A DNA stretch of 64,000 nucleotides, from IMG/VR virus record IMGVR_UViG_3300032053_000016, positions 43,402-107,401 of that record; one strand, 5' to 3'. A program made the position numbers and the translations under genes. The notes under the pieces are model-generated. The model searched no databases. It worked only from the letters and a program-made list of their open reading frames with translations, and was not told the origin of the DNA. The DNA comes from a virus. Shown here one piece after another: positions 1 through 9,774 of the stretch (its first letter is position 1; the number at the start of each line of letters is the position of its first letter).

Positions 1-292
1 TGGGATCCACGAGTTGAGAAGCGATGATCGCTGCGATCGGGTCTGTTTCGAACCAGAAGACAGGCTCGGTCGTCAAAGTCGTGATGTTGAATATCGTTGG
101 ACCTGGGATCGGCGGGAGTGGAAAGAGTGAGTTGAAGATCTTCGTTGACGGAGATCCTCCTTGCCCATTTGCGTTGCCACTCAACAGAAGCGCAACAACC
201 TCTTCGATGTACTTGTCCTTCGCCGTCTTCGTCAGTTTGCCGTCTTTCAGCAATCCAACTCCAGTGAGGATAGGACCGTAGACTTTTGCCAT
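1..292 (-). CDS. hypothetical protein, runs off the left edge
   Basis: Manual translation: ATG at 292, just after the stop of 295..1683; MAKVYGPILTGVGLLKDGKL... stays open to position 1. Confidence 0.7.
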   Translation of the reverse strand, partial: MAKVYGPILTGVGLLKDGKLTKTAKDKYIEEVVALLLSGNANGQGGSPSTKIFNSLFPLPPIPGPTIFNITTLTTEPVFWFETDPIAAIIASQLVDP

Positions 293-294
293 TT

Positions 295-1683
295 CTACTT
301 GACCAACACCTTGCTGGCAAACGTCCCGTTCAACGCGTCAGCTCCACCTTGCGAGCCAAGCATCGTGTCGATGATCGGCGTGGCGGTGACCGATCCACCC
401 GCCCCCTTGTTGTTGACCCTCGTGCACAGGATCGCCTTGTCAGCGTCCTCACCACCCAGTAGAACAAGCCCGGTCTTCGCTGGCAACGCCACGATGTTTC
501 CATCCTTGATGAGGAACCCGGCGCATTCTGACTCTGGTGAGTCTGCCTTGGGTTGGACAAGGATCTTTGCTGTCTTTCGTGCGATCAGTCGGATGTGATC
601 GGTTTTGATGACCGTCGCGGGGCCCGGCTTCTCCTTGCTGGAGAAGTTGATCTCGAAGTTCCCGTCGGCGTCCGTGTTCATCGAAACGTACATCCTTGAC
701 AGATCAAGCGCGAAATCGGGATCGCCTTCTTCTTTGTTCTCGTCTGCTTTTCGTTTCGATCCTTCCTTCTTTCCAAGCGTGTTGGTCACTTCTTTGGGTG
801 CTGTCTTCTTGGAGCTGCCACGTCCCGCGACGATGTCGATGGTACCAGCAAGACCCTTCGCATCTTTGTCAGGCTTCCCTTTGACACGTTTGCCTTTGGG
901 TGTGGATTCGAACTCAGCTGTGCGTCCAACACGGTCAGTGCCGAGCACGATGAGCGTGTTGTTTGAACCCTGAAAGGCTGTGTCTCCTGGGCGTTTTCGG
1001 TAACGTGGGACCAGCTCATGATCTGCCACCTTGCCCGAGTCAGAGTCTTTCAGCAACTTCTCGTACGCCTTGGCGTCTGTGTCAGACGAGCTTGCGCCCA
1101 CATTGGTAGTCTCAACCTTCCCATCGCGCACGAACGTTGGCCCGTTGTCAAACCCTGGTTTTGGATCTGCTGATCCTTCGTACTTCTCGGCTGTGTCTTT
1201 TGCGCGTTCGGACACGTGGAACTTCCGGTCCGCGTGTGTGTGGTTGAGGTCGTCAACATGTCTTGGTTCCGAGATCCTGCACATCCAGAAACCGTGGTCG
1301 ATGGATTTTTCCTGCTCAAAGAACGCCCAAACATGTTCTCCAGCTTGCGCTGGCAACATGATGTGTGGCGGAAAGAACGGAAAGAGGTAGTGGTGACGTT
1401 CGTGACCGCCGGCTGACTCGTTCACCACACGCGCGATGACCGTGTTTGGAGGCATCTGCTTGAGGAACGCCGCCTCAGTGAGGCCGTACTTCCCCTGGAT
1501 GTCTTTGATTCGATCGTCGTCGAGCTCCTGTGGATCGAATATGACTTCATCGACGAGGAAACGTTTCAAAAAACGATCACCGCCAAGCGTTCCAGCTCCA
1601 AGAGCCATGGCGCCAAGTACAGAGCCAACTCGACCCTCAGCGGCTGCGGATGTCGCACTGTTTCCGGCGCTTCTATTCGTCAT
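295..1683 (-). CDS. baseplate spike/hub (gp5-like) protein
   Basis: 462 aa; PFFPPHIMLPAQAGEHVW OB-fold-like segment, RPGDTAFQGSNNTLIVLG and IKTDHIRLIAR motifs typical of large-myophage gp5-like proteins. Confidence 0.6.
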   Translation of the reverse strand: MTNRSAGNSATSAAAEGRVGSVLGAMALGAGTLGGDRFLKRFLVDEVIFDPQELDDDRIKDIQGKYGLTEAAFLKQMPPNTVIARVVNESAGGHERHHYLFPFFPPHIMLPAQAGEHVWAFFEQEKSIDHGFWMCRISEPRHVDDLNHTHADRKFHVSERAKDTAEKYEGSADPKPGFDNGPTFVRDGKVETTNVGASSSDTDAKAYEKLLKDSDSGKVADHELVPRYRKRPGDTAFQGSNNTLIVLGTDRVGRTAEFESTPKGKRVKGKPDKDAKGLAGTIDIVAGRGSSKKTAPKEVTNTLGKKEGSKRKADENKEEGDPDFALDLSRMYVSMNTDADGNFEINFSSKEKPGPATVIKTDHIRLIARKTAKILVQPKADSPESECAGFLIKDGNIVALPAKTGLVLLGGEDADKAILCTRVNNKGAGGSVTATPIIDTMLGSQGGADALNGTFASKVLVK

Positions 1684-2063
1684 CGTTTCTTGCCGATCTT
1701 TGTCGGTTCTTCCGCGAACTTGTCGTAGAGTGCATCCGCCGAGATCTCGCCGGTGTCAGCTTGATTCTCAAGGGCTGCGTTGACTAGCTCAGCCAGTTTG
1801 AGCAGCTGATCGTTCGCTCGACTCATTCTCTCGATGTACTTCGCGATGTTTGGCCCATGCAAGGCGTGTTGCTGTGCATCATCGGACACAAACCCTGACA
1901 GGTGCGTGTACATCTGGAAAGCGTAGTCACGATCCTGCAAGGCGTTGGTGTAGATGTCCTGCCACAGGATCTTGCGTTTGTCCTGTAGCGAGGTGATAGA
2001 GTCGAGAAGGTCCTTGAACCCTGCGATCTTCACGTTGATTGCTTCGTTGATTGTCGTTCCCAC
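1680..2063 (-). CDS. hypothetical helical protein
   Basis: 127 aa ORF with 4-nt overlap to the downstream gene. Confidence 0.7.
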   Translation of the reverse strand: MGTTINEAINVKIAGFKDLLDSITSLQDKRKILWQDIYTNALQDRDYAFQMYTHLSGFVSDDAQQHALHGPNIAKYIERMSRANDQLLKLAELVNAALENQADTGEISADALYDKFAEEPTKIGKKR

Positions 2064-2084
2064 GAGACTAAGGTAACACCTTGC

Positions 2085-2846
2085 TCAGAGATCGAGGATC
2101 CCGATTCGTTCAAGACGGTAACGTCTTTTGATAGACTGGAGCGCAGTTGTGAGTTGCTTGGATGTGAGCCCTGACAGTTCTCGCAAGTAAAGCAGGATTC
2201 CGCTCTTGTTTAGGATGTCAGGAGCGTTGTGACCGTTCACGAGCTCGAACAGACGTGAGATCGAATCGATGCACAAGATCTCGTTTGGGTTGGTTGTCTC
2301 ATGACGTAGTTCCCCCAACATGGCAACGATCTTCCTTGATATGATCCCGTCTGGTCGATTCTCATCCTCAAACACACGCTGAGAATCCTCCATGATTTGA
2401 GACTCGAACGGCGCGATCTGATCCTCGTCGTCGATGGAGATGAGTCTTCTAGCCTTGGTGTTCTTCTGCTTCGTACGGATGATGAGCCAGTTCTTGGCAA
2501 CGACGTTGAAATACGAGAAGGCATTTGTTCCTCTCGTTGAGTCAAACTTGTGAATGGTCTCAAAGAGAAAATGCACACAATCGAACTTCAACTCTTCAGA
2601 AGTCTCATTTGCTGCCGTGAAACGATGGATGTTGACAAGGTTGTCAACCAACGCTGTGAACGCTGGTGAGATCCTTGCCACGTAGACGATGTCACGTGCC
2701 TTCTTATCCTCGCCTAGCCCTTGGTACTCGACGATCGCGGCTTGCGTGTCAGCATTGAAGTACATGCGAGACGGATCGGTCTTGCCCGGTTTCCGCTTGA
2801 TCTTCGGTCGTGGCAACGTGGATTTTTCATTCTTGATCGGTGTCAC
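2085..2846 (-). CDS. phage RNA polymerase sigma factor (T4 gp55-like late sigma)
   Basis: YFN..TQAAIVEY and KFDSTRGTNAFSYFNVVAKN match the gp55/sigma region-2 pattern. Confidence 0.75.
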   Translation of the reverse strand: MTPIKNEKSTLPRPKIKRKPGKTDPSRMYFNADTQAAIVEYQGLGEDKKARDIVYVARISPAFTALVDNLVNIHRFTAANETSEELKFDCVHFLFETIHKFDSTRGTNAFSYFNVVAKNWLIIRTKQKNTKARRLISIDDEDQIAPFESQIMEDSQRVFEDENRPDGIISRKIVAMLGELRHETTNPNEILCIDSISRLFELVNGHNAPDILNKSGILLYLRELSGLTSKQLTTALQSIKRRYRLERIGILDL

Positions 2847-3153
2847 TTGTTGGAACCTTCTCTTCTTCTTCGGTATTCCAACTTTGAGCGAGGCGAATTG
2901 CCACAGTCATAAGGCTGGCGTGAACTCGCTTGAGCTCGTTGTGAATCTGTAACACTCTGGCATCGTTTGCCGCCAATGGCATGTCAAGGATCTTTCCAAC
3001 CACGATGTGAGCCGTGTTGATCGTGTCAAGACATGCTTCAACGGCTAAACCACCGGCATAGGCCGTGTTGTTGATCTTCAACGCTCGAAGTGTGATCAAC
3101 ACGTTACCGGTGATGCTCGCTATCAACAGAAGAGACAAGATAACGACGATCAT
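2827..3153 (-). CDS. small membrane-anchored protein
   Basis: Hydrophobic N-terminus MIVVILSLLLIASITGNVLITL. Confidence 0.6.
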   Translation of the reverse strand: MIVVILSLLLIASITGNVLITLRALKINNTAYAGGLAVEACLDTINTAHIVVGKILDMPLAANDARVLQIHNELKRVHASLMTVAIRLAQSWNTEEEEKVPTSDTDQE

Positions 3154-4349
3154 CCGCCCACCTTCATGAGCACATCATCAAAAACAGCGCTCCAAGCGTT
3201 AGCGATAGCATCTTGACTGTATTTTGCTCGAATCTTCACGCCGAGATCCTTAGCCCACTCACGTGGGATGCTGCACGACGTGTGAAACTTGCGTACGCGT
3301 CGTCTGAAATCTGATTCAGAGACCTCAGCCCACTTCGCTCCGCGTGGGAAGATCTTGTCGTCTGCACGTTCCTTGGGGATCGTCGCCAACGTGCATGGAA
3401 GGTCCACGTAACGCCCAAGACCGAGAAACTCGGTGTGCGCTGACCAACCTGTCGCGATGACGGGCAGATCACACGCAGCTGCCTCCAGTAGTGGCAACCC
3501 AAAGCCTTCACCGCGTGTCGCGCTGACCAGCGCTTTGACGTTCGGGTGACGATACAGTGCAGCGACGGCATGATCGTCAAGGTCGCCGTGCACAAGGTGA
3601 AGCTCTGGAAGCTTCTTCTTCGTGCGTGAAGTAACATCGTTGACAATGTTTCGAACCGTGTTCTCCGTGTGATACGCGTCGAACGTGGTGCTACGACCCT
3701 GATTCGTCTTCAAAAGGATGCCAACGTCTTTGTCGTCGGCGAACTCCTCAAGCAGCCAACGTATCGTGTTGTGCAAGTTCTTGCGATCGGCACGAGCGTT
3801 ATCTTGCCCTGTCATCTGCCCAAACACAAGAAACGTGAACAAGGGTAGCGGATCCAACGTTGAAGTGTCGATGTTTGCGTCAAGAAGCGCGCTCGGAAAA
3901 CTCTCAGCGATGACGTGTGCTTTTTCAACAGGAGCGGACCAACCAGCGTTCTTGAGACTGTTGAGCGCGTGCTTAGATGGCACAACAACATGATCCATAC
4001 TGTTACACGCTGTCACCCACTCAGGAACTGATTTGTCAGTTTCAACCGCAGCAGTGACACCAACGTTCACGGTCGCGAGCGTAGGGTTCCATTCATTTGG
4101 CAGCTGGAGTTGGAAGCTCACGTCAGCTTTTCTTGGCAGTGGCTTGCAGCGCATCGCGAGCGCGTTCACAAGCGGATCGCGATCGACGTTCGTGATCCAG
4201 GTCGTGTTCCCCCAATACAACGGCTCACAGTAAAGTTCGATAGAGTCAGCGGCGACGAGACGCATCAACCACTCGCCAATCTGACGTGCGTGCGTGCCGT
4301 ATCCCGACATTGTCAGGATGGGCGCGCGCAGGATGACGACGGGTTTCAC
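3150..4349 (-). CDS. glycosyltransferase, GT-B/GT4
   Basis: SGYG N-terminal motif, RKN, TRGEGFGLPLLEAAAC (EX7E); start placed at the GTG overlapping the upstream stop. Confidence 0.9.
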   Translation of the reverse strand: MKPVVILRAPILTMSGYGTHARQIGEWLMRLVAADSIELYCEPLYWGNTTWITNVDRDPLVNALAMRCKPLPRKADVSFQLQLPNEWNPTLATVNVGVTAAVETDKSVPEWVTACNSMDHVVVPSKHALNSLKNAGWSAPVEKAHVIAESFPSALLDANIDTSTLDPLPLFTFLVFGQMTGQDNARADRKNLHNTIRWLLEEFADDKDVGILLKTNQGRSTTFDAYHTENTVRNIVNDVTSRTKKKLPELHLVHGDLDDHAVAALYRHPNVKALVSATRGEGFGLPLLEAAACDLPVIATGWSAHTEFLGLGRYVDLPCTLATIPKERADDKIFPRGAKWAEVSESDFRRRVRKFHTSCSIPREWAKDLGVKIRAKYSQDAIANAWSAVFDDVLMKVGG

Positions 4350-5599
4350 TTGATCACCTTCTTGGTCCAACGTGGTCGCCTAGAACGCCAGTTGGTGATC
4401 ACGTCATCCAACCCCTTGTCCCATGTCTTGATAAGGTTGTCCATGTCAAACTCCGTGTGAGCGTAACGCATCGCTTTGAGTCCCAACTCCTTACGAACAT
4501 CAGGCTCCATCTTGTACATCTGCCAGTAAGCATCGGCAACAGACTCTGGTTTGACGATGTCTTCCACGATGTACGGCGTGGATTGGCTGCCAACAAGTTT
4601 CTTGCAGTCGACTTCAAGCGGGATGCCGTTGAACGATCCGTCACGGTAATCAATGACTTGCCGCGTCATGCCTCCTGTCTTGTTGGCAATGATGGGCTTG
4701 CCGCACATCATCGCTTCAAGCGTTCCGAGCCCAAATCCTTCAGCGTACGAGATGTTGACGACCGCGTCCGAGATGTTGTAGAGCACACGCATGTCGTCGA
4801 GGTTGAGCTGCTCACGTGAGAACACAACGTTGTTGTTGAGCTTGAGGATGTCAAGGACATGCAACAGGTTAGGCCCTTCGAAATCGTTTGGATCGGTGTG
4901 CATCAACAGCGTTGCCTTCTGATGACCCTCTTCTTGCTGGAGTTTATCAAGGAACATTCGGAAAGACCACATCACATCTGCTGGACGCTTGCGGTGCGCG
5001 TTGCGGTTGACCCATGAAACGACAAAGTGATCTGAGCGGTCTGGCAGTAGACGGTTGCGATGCATCTGCTGCTCACCGACGGGAAGCGGGTAAAAGACGT
5101 CCTTCGGCAAGGCATGTGGAGCCCACTTGACCTTCTCATCGCCGAAGATCGGCTGCAGGAAGTCGTACGTTGGACGGTTGATGCAGAAGAACATGTCGAC
5201 GATGTCGTACACGTTCCTGTTGTAGAGCGGCGGGTACTCACACTGATCCCAGAGATGGTTGTACACGATGGGGCACACCTGGTGGATCTCGTCGTGCACT
5301 TCAAACATGTTCATGAAGAACCGAGGGTCGTTGAAGATCACGATGGCGTCTGGCTTTTCGGTCGCGAGGAGCTGCCGATAGAGATTCTTGTCGCCGAACC
5401 CATCGATCGGTTTCACGCAGACGTCGATTCCTGGGACCTGGACGACGTCGTAGTTCTCGTGTTTGATGGCCGCGCCAAGTTGGCAGATCTTGTACTTGTT
5501 GGTTGCGGCGAGCCCGCACGCGAGGTAGCGACTTTGCGTGCCGACTCCTGAACTTGCGAGGAGGTTATCACTGACTAGGACAATCTTCTTCTTTGTCAT
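4346..5599 (-). CDS. glycosyltransferase, GT-B/GT4
   Basis: SGVG, NRNAHRKR, SYAEGFGLGTLEAMMCGKP. Confidence 0.9.
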   Translation of the reverse strand: MTKKKIVLVSDNLLASSGVGTQSRYLACGLAATNKYKICQLGAAIKHENYDVVQVPGIDVCVKPIDGFGDKNLYRQLLATEKPDAIVIFNDPRFFMNMFEVHDEIHQVCPIVYNHLWDQCEYPPLYNRNVYDIVDMFFCINRPTYDFLQPIFGDEKVKWAPHALPKDVFYPLPVGEQQMHRNRLLPDRSDHFVVSWVNRNAHRKRPADVMWSFRMFLDKLQQEEGHQKATLLMHTDPNDFEGPNLLHVLDILKLNNNVVFSREQLNLDDMRVLYNISDAVVNISYAEGFGLGTLEAMMCGKPIIANKTGGMTRQVIDYRDGSFNGIPLEVDCKKLVGSQSTPYIVEDIVKPESVADAYWQMYKMEPDVRKELGLKAMRYAHTEFDMDNLIKTWDKGLDDVITNWRSRRPRWTKKVIK

Positions 5600-5632
5600 A
5601 TCGCGCTGGTCCGGAATATAAGACGTTTTCGA

Positions 5633-5920
5633 TCAAGCCAAACGACGACGATCATTACAACACTCAAACGGCGTCGTCTGACGCTCCCACCAAGTGCTTA
5701 CTCGATTATCAAGTGTGCTAAGAAACGTGTGCACGTCACACTCAACACCATCAACATCCCCAGCCACCGTTTTGATCACGATGTACACGATACTGAACTT
5801 CTCAAATGGAGTGAGAGTTGGGTAATCGAACTCCCACGACTCACCTGTGCGGTCATGAATGGGTTTTCCGTCTGATAGTTTAGAGACACTCATGCCGCTT
5901 AATTCATGTTGAGCGATCAC
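5633..5920 (-). CDS. hypothetical protein
   Basis: ORF fills the gap; GTG at 5920 overlaps the stop of the nuclease gene. Confidence 0.5.
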   Translation of the reverse strand: MIAQHELSGMSVSKLSDGKPIHDRTGESWEFDYPTLTPFEKFSIVYIVIKTVAGDVDGVECDVHTFLSTLDNRVSTWWERQTTPFECCNDRRRLA

Positions 5921-6741
5921 GGGCACCACTCCGTCTTCTTGTACTCGCAGTACTTGCAGTTCCACTCACTCTTGTTTTTGATAGCCATGCCACGTTTGAC
6001 GCTGCCGACGAAGTTGTTTAGGACAGTGAGCGTGCGTTTCGACGTCGTGGGGCCGACTGACACAGGGATGAAGCTGCAGAGTTTGCCGGCCTTCGCGGAT
6101 TTTACCGCGATGATGTACGCACATTTGATACGATCGTGTGGGATGTTCGCCTTCGCAGACCAGAAGTTCTTGTACAAGGAGAGCTGATACGTGACCTTGG
6201 GATCCATCAACTTTCGCTTGTCCCACGGTCTCGACGCGGTCTTCCAGTCGATGACCCAGAAGATGGTGCCGTGCTTCTTGTCTGGCACCTCGATGATGAG
6301 GTCGATGAACCCTTTGAAGGCTGTGTCAGCGTGCTGCGCAACATCCAGGATGATGGCCTCGTAGAGGTTGTCCTCTGTCTTGTGAAGCTTCCACTCAGGG
6401 AACTTTGCGTTGAGGAATCCCATCGCCTCGACGGACATCAGGATCGCGCGTTCAACGTTCGCCTCAGGGTCAAACTTCTCACGTTCCTTCGGATCGGTGA
6501 CACGCTCTAGTTCCTGCTTGACAACCCTCAAGATCTCAACACGGTCAGGCTCCTTGCCGTTCGCTCTAGCCTCAACACAGCTGTGGAACGCGGTCCCGAT
6601 GATAGTGGCAGTTCCACGCTTATCAAGATCGATCTTCTTGACATGTTTGAGCAAATGTCGGTAGCTGCAGGTCATCCAGTCACTCATTTCACTGTATGAC
6701 ACGTGCGGCTTCCCCGTGGGGAGATGTTTGTAATCGTTCAC
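5917..6741 (-). CDS. Cas4/RecB-like PD-(D/E)XK exonuclease
   Basis: SYS..C, GTAFH, KGFIDL, IDWKT, YQLSLY and C-terminal CKYC...CP (four Cys for an Fe-S cluster). Confidence 0.9.
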   Translation of the reverse strand: MNDYKHLPTGKPHVSYSEMSDWMTCSYRHLLKHVKKIDLDKRGTATIIGTAFHSCVEARANGKEPDRVEILRVVKQELERVTDPKEREKFDPEANVERAILMSVEAMGFLNAKFPEWKLHKTEDNLYEAIILDVAQHADTAFKGFIDLIIEVPDKKHGTIFWVIDWKTASRPWDKRKLMDPKVTYQLSLYKNFWSAKANIPHDRIKCAYIIAVKSAKAGKLCSFIPVSVGPTTSKRTLTVLNNFVGSVKRGMAIKNKSEWNCKYCEYKKTEWCP

Positions 6742-6851
6742 GTAGTGAAGCTAACACTCTCACCAGAAACGGTCAGGTAGGTATGACGTGATGACGCTCT
6801 CGTTACTATTGTCTTGTGACGTCACTGTCAAACGTCTGAATAGCTAAGAAC

Positions 6852-7331
6852 ATGCTCACACGCGCGAAGTTGAACACCCTGGTGGAACGTGTTGTCAGAC
6901 GTCTAAGCGAGGCAGTCCCGCCGCCGGCGACCGCTAAGGCAGGAAACTTCCGCTACAACGCAGCTGGCGAATCCATTCCAGACGAGCAGTCGGCGACGAG
7001 CCCCACGACAGGCACGACCCCCACACAGATGCCACCGACGCAGCATCCACCGACCATGCCGGCCGCGAGAAGCACGACGCAGCAGCAGGCCGACGCGGAG
7101 ACGCAAGGCAGCACAATCAGTCGCAACCCGATGGCGCGTCCAAACACACAGAAGACCAACAAGGTCAACAACATCAAGAAGGCGCTCGACGCTCAAGGGT
7201 ACACCGCGGATCCTGCCAAAGCGAAGCATGTGACACAAAGCCTCAACGCTTGGTACGATCAGCTCGATCCGTCTGACGCTCTCGTGGCGACCGCAGACGA
7301 GCTTGCCTTGCGATTCGCTGGCGAGGGATGA
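6852..7331 (+). CDS. hypothetical protein with a Thr/Pro/Gln-rich linker
   Basis: 159 aa; N-terminal amphipathic helix ending in LSE; coupled to the kinase gene. Confidence 0.7.
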   Translation: MLTRAKLNTLVERVVRRLSEAVPPPATAKAGNFRYNAAGESIPDEQSATSPTTGTTPTQMPPTQHPPTMPAARSTTQQQADAETQGSTISRNPMARPNTQKTNKVNNIKKALDAQGYTADPAKAKHVTQSLNAWYDQLDPSDALVATADELALRFAGEG

Positions 7332-8284
7332 GACTCCTCCGAGCTCTCGTCAGAGGCATGCTTCTCGAGGACGAGGACATGCTCAAGAAATGGGCGCTGA
7401 CGAGCGGCACCCCAGTCGAGCATGAGCTTGCGAAGAAGGGCATCGTCCCGATCCAGCACGGCGCTGAGCAGACATCCAAATTGGGTAGTGGCAGAACAAA
7501 CACGGTGTTGGACGTCATTTACAAGGGACGTCGAGCGGTGGCCAGGATGTCTGAAGATATGGATGAGCTGGACAAAATGGTCAATTTTGTCTCAAAAGCG
7601 AACTCTCTTCCAGCAAAGTATCGCAAGCATTTTCCCAAAATTCTCACGACATTCGATCTCGAGATCGAATCAGAACACAGCATCGAGTACTACTACGGAG
7701 CAGTCGTTGAACAGTTGGATCCCATGCCGCCGGGTCTTGAGTTTGACTTAGACCATCAGAGTCTTGTAGGCAATTTGCAGCGTTCGCGAGCGAGCGCCGT
7801 GTTGAACAACCACAAGCTTGTTGAAGACATTGCTGACGATGCGACTGACATCAAAGATGTTCGTGACGAACTCATCACGATGTATGAACTTGACATCAGA
7901 GGGAAGCTTCTATCGTTTGTTGGCAAACCCATCAACGACTTCGATGAGTACCTCGTTGGTGTGATCGACAAGCATGCTGATGGAAGAAAATTCAACAGAG
8001 CTTACTACAAGTTTGGACGCGGGTTGCTCACGGCGTTGAGAGGCGCCACGATCCCACATGAACCAACATCGTCTAGAGCAGAGAAGCAGGTTGCGATCGG
8101 GCATCCTTCGAGGAAGGTTCGTGAATTCTATGAGTTCCTTGAAGCCCTAAAGAACGCAGGCATGGAGTGGTCTGACCTACACACTGGCAACTTCATGGTT
8201 CGACGCGAAACAGGCGACTTCGTCGTCGTCGATCCAGGTGATTTCCTAGATCTACGTGGTGAAGCTCGTGAACAGTCGTGGTGA
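7328..8284 (+). CDS. protein kinase-like (PKL fold) enzyme
   Basis: LGSG Gly loop, WSDLHTGNFM catalytic loop, VVVDPG as the DFG equivalent. Confidence 0.75.
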   Translation: MRLLRALVRGMLLEDEDMLKKWALTSGTPVEHELAKKGIVPIQHGAEQTSKLGSGRTNTVLDVIYKGRRAVARMSEDMDELDKMVNFVSKANSLPAKYRKHFPKILTTFDLEIESEHSIEYYYGAVVEQLDPMPPGLEFDLDHQSLVGNLQRSRASAVLNNHKLVEDIADDATDIKDVRDELITMYELDIRGKLLSFVGKPINDFDEYLVGVIDKHADGRKFNRAYYKFGRGLLTALRGATIPHEPTSSRAEKQVAIGHPSRKVREFYEFLEALKNAGMEWSDLHTGNFMVRRETGDFVVVDPGDFLDLRGEAREQSW

Positions 8285-8287
8285 TCT

Positions 8288-8482
8288 TCAGCGGAACGTA
8301 GCCTTGACAACCTTGCTGTTCTCGATCTCCACACAGACTCTGTCTGTGCGTTCATCTTCGGGGTAGGAGAGGAACGGCACACCGTCGACGCTGATGAGCC
8401 GGAAGAGCATGTTCTTCAGTTCGGCCACGTCCTGCGCACGCTTCTTAGACATCCCAACGAAATCAACGATCGGTGTGGTCAT
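8288..8482 (-). CDS. small hypothetical protein
   Basis: 64 aa, ATGA-coupled to the phosphatase gene. Confidence 0.6.
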   Translation of the reverse strand: MTTPIVDFVGMSKKRAQDVAELKNMLFRLISVDGVPFLSYPEDERTDRVCVEIENSKVVKATFR

Positions 8483-8970
8483 GTAGTCGACTCTACGTCG
8501 ATCGTTGGCAGTGTTGGACTCTCAGTTTCTTTGAGGTTGTCGATCAACCACTTTGCGAACGTGTCGTTGCACAGCGCCATCGGTCGGCAACTGCGTATGT
8601 GTTCGACACACTCTTCACCAGACCACCCAGTGCGCAAATGAAGTGCCATGGCTGTCACCATGCCGGATCGGTTGAGGCCGGCCATGCATGTGACAAGCAC
8701 CCTCTTGTCTTTGTCAAGCAGTTGAGCGACACGTTGTGCAGCAAGGATCCACGTCGGCAAGAAGCGCATCATGCGGTTGACTCGCACGTCATCGTCCCCA
8801 GGCGCGCAGATCACCTGAACGCCTGGGTACAGCTCTTCGTTTTGATTCTCGCCTGCTGCAAGGACGAGCACGTCAAACCCACGTTTTGCGAGCTCGTCCC
8901 CGTACGGGGGATAAGCGCCTTGATACAACCCTTCGTAGATCTGATTCACGTCGATCGATGGCATGTTCAC
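8479..8970 (-). CDS. dual-specificity protein phosphatase
   Basis: GLYQG N-terminal motif; VLVTCMAGLNRSG CX5R active site. Confidence 0.9.
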   Translation of the reverse strand: MNMPSIDVNQIYEGLYQGAYPPYGDELAKRGFDVLVLAAGENQNEELYPGVQVICAPGDDDVRVNRMMRFLPTWILAAQRVAQLLDKDKRVLVTCMAGLNRSGMVTAMALHLRTGWSGEECVEHIRSCRPMALCNDTFAKWLIDNLKETESPTLPTIDVESTT

Positions 8971-8977
8971 ACTCTAG

Positions 8978-9322
8978 TCAACGGCATGCCAACGGCAACC
9001 CTAGACAGAGTTCTTGGAACACTTCGATCGGCTCAAGAACAACGCACGTGAGATCGTCGCCCATGTCCGGCTCGTAGAAGCGTGAAATGGCTAAACCGTG
9101 TTCACTGAGCTCGCTGAGTTCCTCGGCACGATGCCAGAGCGCTCGAAGCGCTTCTTCGTCTGAGGCTGTGATACACACAACCACGTTTGAGCTGCGTTCC
9201 CAGGCCTCGAAGGTGCTTGGGTACTCACGCGCGAACGTTGCCATCCCATGCACCAACTGCGCCGCCTGTGAGCCGTGTCGCAGGTCAGCGCGTGTGACGA
9301 GGTAAAGCTTGCCAGTGGTCAT
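8978..9322 (-). CDS. peptidyl-tRNA hydrolase 2 (Pth2)-like protein
   Basis: LYLVTRADLRHGSQAAQLVH and FYEPDMGDDLTCVVLEP. Confidence 0.8.
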   Translation of the reverse strand: MTTGKLYLVTRADLRHGSQAAQLVHGMATFAREYPSTFEAWERSSNVVVCITASDEEALRALWHRAEELSELSEHGLAISRFYEPDMGDDLTCVVLEPIEVFQELCLGLPLACR

Positions 9323-9651
9323 TCAGCAGCCTCAACCTTCTCACGCTTGACGTGTGGTTCCTTCTTGATCCATATGACGAGAGCTTTTACTTCGTCGTAT
9401 ATCTCACGCGGGACAGAGTGGTACCTCCCATCTGCGATCGGCTTCAGATGCTCGGGGAACGCCCCAATGCTCCACAATCGGTCTTCCACCAAGACAGCCA
9501 ACGGGTTGTCGTTTGAGCAACGTTCCATCTTGGCGTAAGGCACACCTCTCACAAGCCCGTATGCGATGTGCTCCGCTCGACCCCACGTGTTCCACGGGCC
9601 AAACAGCTTCGTCATCTTCGCAAACGCTTCGTATTTCTTCATCTTCAACAT
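9319..9651 (-). CDS. hypothetical protein
   Basis: 110 aa; GAAAGGAAA Shine-Dalgarno-like sequence upstream; overlaps the Pth2 start. Confidence 0.7.
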   Translation of the reverse strand: MLKMKKYEAFAKMTKLFGPWNTWGRAEHIAYGLVRGVPYAKMERCSNDNPLAVLVEDRLWSIGAFPEHLKPIADGRYHSVPREIYDEVKALVIWIKKEPHVKREKVEAAE

Positions 9652-9774
9652 GGTCTTTTCCTTTCAAGTCACATCGTCACGCGTTTTCACACGGATGAGA
9701 CTCGGAGGACCACGTGGCCGATGGTTATAGCGATAGCTGGATGTTCATGATGCCTTAGATAGTAGTCTGTTTAG

